From the human T2T-CHM13v2.0 reference genome, Homo sapiens, in the NCBI RefSeq assembly GCF_009914755.1, contig NC_060925.1: 64,000 nt of DNA; one strand, given 5' to 3'. Position 1 is the stretch's first letter. Every line of letters begins with the position of its first letter. Below the pieces are notes generated by a model. The model saw only the letters and a list, made by a program, of their open reading frames with translations, searched no databases and had not been told where the DNA came from. Shown in pieces: positions 61,103 to 64,000 of the stretch. The position numbers were made by a program, and so were the translations under genes.

Positions 61103-61910
61103 GGCTGCGGGCCACGCCCAGGCCGGCTCCGCGGGAACTCTCTCCCTCAGACAGGCCAAAAACCAGTAGCGAGGTCGTGGTGATGCTCTTTTTAACTCCT
61201 TTGCCCAATAAGGGGGGTGGCTGCCTGGAGCCCCGTAGCCAGCGCTTTCCACGGTTTCTGTTGCTAAATGGTTGTAGGGTGAGAAGTGCAAGAATGAAGA
61301 TGAAGCCCCACTGCTCGGTCAGTCTGCCTCCGTGTGTCCTCTGAAATAAGCAGATGAAGATGAAAGGGCAACTTTGTTTTCTTCTTTTTCCTGATGTGAA
61401 TGTTAAGCAGAAGGGAGAGAGTCCTTACTCCCTTCCAATCTCTGTTCAGTGCAAAACCCAGAAACATGAACAGATACGATTGTGGGATTTTATCATCTGT
61501 GTAGTAGGTGTGTGTATGTGTTTCTAGAGTGAGATTTGTGTTTTCTGCCCTTTTCCTCTCCAGCCGATGGGCTGGAGCTGGGAGAGGTGCTGAGCTAACA
61601 GTGCCAACAAGTGCTCCTTAAGCCTGCGAGGCCCAGGCCTGTGGGGCTGGTTCTCACCTTTGACAGCTGAATGTTCCTAAAGAACTGCTGCCCCACAGTG
61701 AGGGTGGGAGCAGCGGAACAGGGAATGCCAGACACAGGCTCGCTGCTGCTGGAAGGCGGGGTGGGACTTCCTTCCTCTGTCCGGAGAGGCACAGGTGTCA
61801 CCAGTTCCAGCCAAAGGCTCCTCACAGGCGCTGTGAATTTTTGTACAAGTCTTGTAATTATCGAATCAACAACTTGTTTCAATTTAATAAAAATGCTCAT
61901 GGGAAGTGCT
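61103..61910 (+). other. COQ8A: COQ8A 3' UTR (end approximate)
   Basis: Lies between the stop codon and the poly(A) signal. Confidence 0.75.
61886..61891 (+). terminator. Polyadenylation signal AATAAA
   Basis: Canonical hexamer with upstream TGTA motifs (~61842, ~61853) and downstream GT/T-rich sequence. Confidence 0.85.
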
Positions 61911-63434
61911 TTGGCGCGTGTACCCTCTTCTGTATTCTGGAGAATGACGACCCGTATCTTCTAGCTCGTGGTGGTGGTTCTTTTCTGACCTGACGGTCAG
62001 CAGGTTCAGTGTCACAGCCCATTTGCAAGGGTTGGGACTGGTTCAGCGTGAGGCCCTTGGCCCTGAACCTGGAAGGCTCAGCCCCGTTCCCTGTAAGAAG
62101 GGAGGTGGGAGGGGTGGAGAACAGGAGGAGAGGTTGCGGTGTCACTGCCCCAGCCCCCGGGAGGCTGTACCACACTGCTGAAGCTGCTGTACCTGGTGAT
62201 GGTGGCAACTGGGAGGACAGTGACACCTGCCAGCACGGCTGATGCCAGGTCTGCATCACAGTGAGACGTCTCCTCTCTAGACATCAGCTGCAGTTGAGGA
62301 CCACGTCCTGAAAAGTGGCTTTTCCTGGGGCCAGACTGATTCCTAGATAACAGGACACACTGGACACTGAGCTGGGGCCCTTTCTACGGACCTGTGAGCA
62401 GTTGAAAGTGCATCTGCAGAATGCACAGGCCCAAAAGAGGCTTTGAGAGGTATAGGCTTTCAGGGTTCTTAAAGAAAGAAAATATAGTTTCTGAAATTTG
62501 GGATTGCCGAGTAGCAGACCCAGTGGGCTCCGGGACAGGATGGAGAGGCCTGGGTGGCGTCCGTGAGGCTGCCTGGCTAGCAGCGGCGCCCAGCACCACT
62601 GTCAGATCCCTGGCTGAAACTCTTGTGGCCCTCTTCTTAAGGGTATTTGCTGTTGTCTAGCAAACTCCTCTGCAGCACTCAGATCTGAAGCCATCGCCCT
62701 GCAGAGTAAACAGCAGGGGAAGAACCCAGGCCAGCCCCAGCCAGGGCTCTCACAGTCTCCTCTTCCTCTTGAACAACAAGCCAAACAAGTCAAGCAGCAG
62801 CATGCGGGGGGAAGGGAGAGGAGAACAACAGCAGCCAGCATTTGCTTCCCCAGGAACCACGACCATAACTGCTGGAACAGGAGAAGTTTTCTAAGGGAAA
62901 ACTGGAATGTGGTTTGTGTGTCCTAAGTCTGAGAGCCGGCTGAGAACTAGAGCCCTCCCTGTGAAGACAGTGGGGATCACTGGATTGCAAATGACTTTAA
63001 TCCCCAAGTAAAGCTGGCTCTGAAGCTGGCCACACATACTTATTCTTTTGTACCTATTTTGATTTTTACAGTATTGTGATGAATGACTCCCCGTGCTCAC
63101 CCATTCACACTGAGACATGGGGCATGAGAACATGGCAAATCATGGCTTGATTTTCCCAGGGTCTGTGTCTTCGTGTCCCTAACATCTAGTGAAGGGCTGG
63201 ACACCACACAACAAAAAAATATTTGTTACTGTAGGCTTTGGCGGTTACTCATAAGGACAAAACACTAAACCATAGGCTAGAAGTTAGATTCTGAGTGCAT
63301 TAACTCCTGACACTCCAAGTGGGCCTTTTTACAGAGGGAAAAAAAAAAAAAGAGGCCCAGAGGTTAAGTGGCAGAATGAGGATTTGGAACAAGACAGTCT
63401 AGTCTTACAGTCTACACTAAGGGGACCAAACGAA

Positions 63435-63650
63435 GGGCTGGCAAACTATGATGGTCCAAGGGCCAAATCTGGCCCACTGCATTTTTGTAAGTTTTATTGG
63501 GGCACAGCCACTCTCGTTTATGTACGTAGCAGGCTAAGACTGTTTTTGCACTGAAATGCCAGAGCCGGGGAGCTGCAGCAAACTATATACACAAAGGCAC
63601 AAGGATTTCTTAACTGGTCCTGGACAGAAAAGGGTTGCCAAGCCCTGTTC
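63435..63650. mobile_element. MER58-like hAT element
   Basis: GGCTGGCAAACTATG...GGCCAAATCTGGCCCACTGC...GTTTTATTGG...GTTGCCAAGCCCTG. Confidence 0.7.
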
Positions 63651-64000
63651 TAAAGCACTGCACAGCTGACACTACAGTAAACCAACATAACAGTATCAGC
63701 CACAAATGTCAATTCCATGGGCCATTGGAACCGGAAGTATTCTCCGAATAACTACTTAGCTGCCACCAGTTCAGGAGTTCCTTTAACCCCACCCCTGGAC
63801 CTTCCCTGTATGTTCTTAGATGAACCATTCTAACTCCAGAAAAGCAGTAACAGTCCGTCTTGTTTAAGTGACACAAAATCAAACTGCTCCCACATTCACA
63901 CTGTCAGGGCCACTCAGGAAACCTCACGCAGCCAGGGTTTGGTCTTGTGGACCGAAGTAACAGCAACAGCGAAGTTCTGGCCAGAAGAGGGGAGTTGAAA

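Noticed and set aside
61950-64000. Neighbouring CDC42BPA 3' end on the minus strand
   Set aside because: Expected nearby from known gene order, but I could not support any exon or poly(A) site within this window.

Overview
Human (primate) genomic DNA containing the complete COQ8A (ADCK3/CABC1) gene on the + strand. It has a CpG-island promoter (~13.3-14.7 kb), a non-coding exon 1 ending at 14317, and 14 coding exons from ATG 35799 to TAG 61102. These splice with GT-AG junctions into 1944 nt (647 aa), an intact UbiB-family atypical kinase with the KxGQ, AAAS A-rich loop, VAMK, DPNWSN and DFG motifs. The AATAAA signal is at 61886. The first 4.2 kb is a dead L1PA element with a 5' inversion. Upstream DNA and introns are rich in Alu, old L1, L2/MIR, MER and LTR fragments. 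Most ORFs in the track are artefacts of repeats and GC-rich DNA. I found no new multi-gene system. The most notable features are: (1) a ~210-bp old mitochondrial ND6 insertion (NUMT) in intron 1 of this mitochondrial gene, still open in the mitochondrial code and bracketed by splice-like signals; (2) four large, compositionally distinct intronic VNTRs, one next to a candidate internal promoter; (3) a near-perfect AluYc1-like insertion; (4) a tightly spaced inverted Alu pair in intron 4. Repeat family names were assigned by eye from remembered consensus sequences and need RepeatMasker confirmation.
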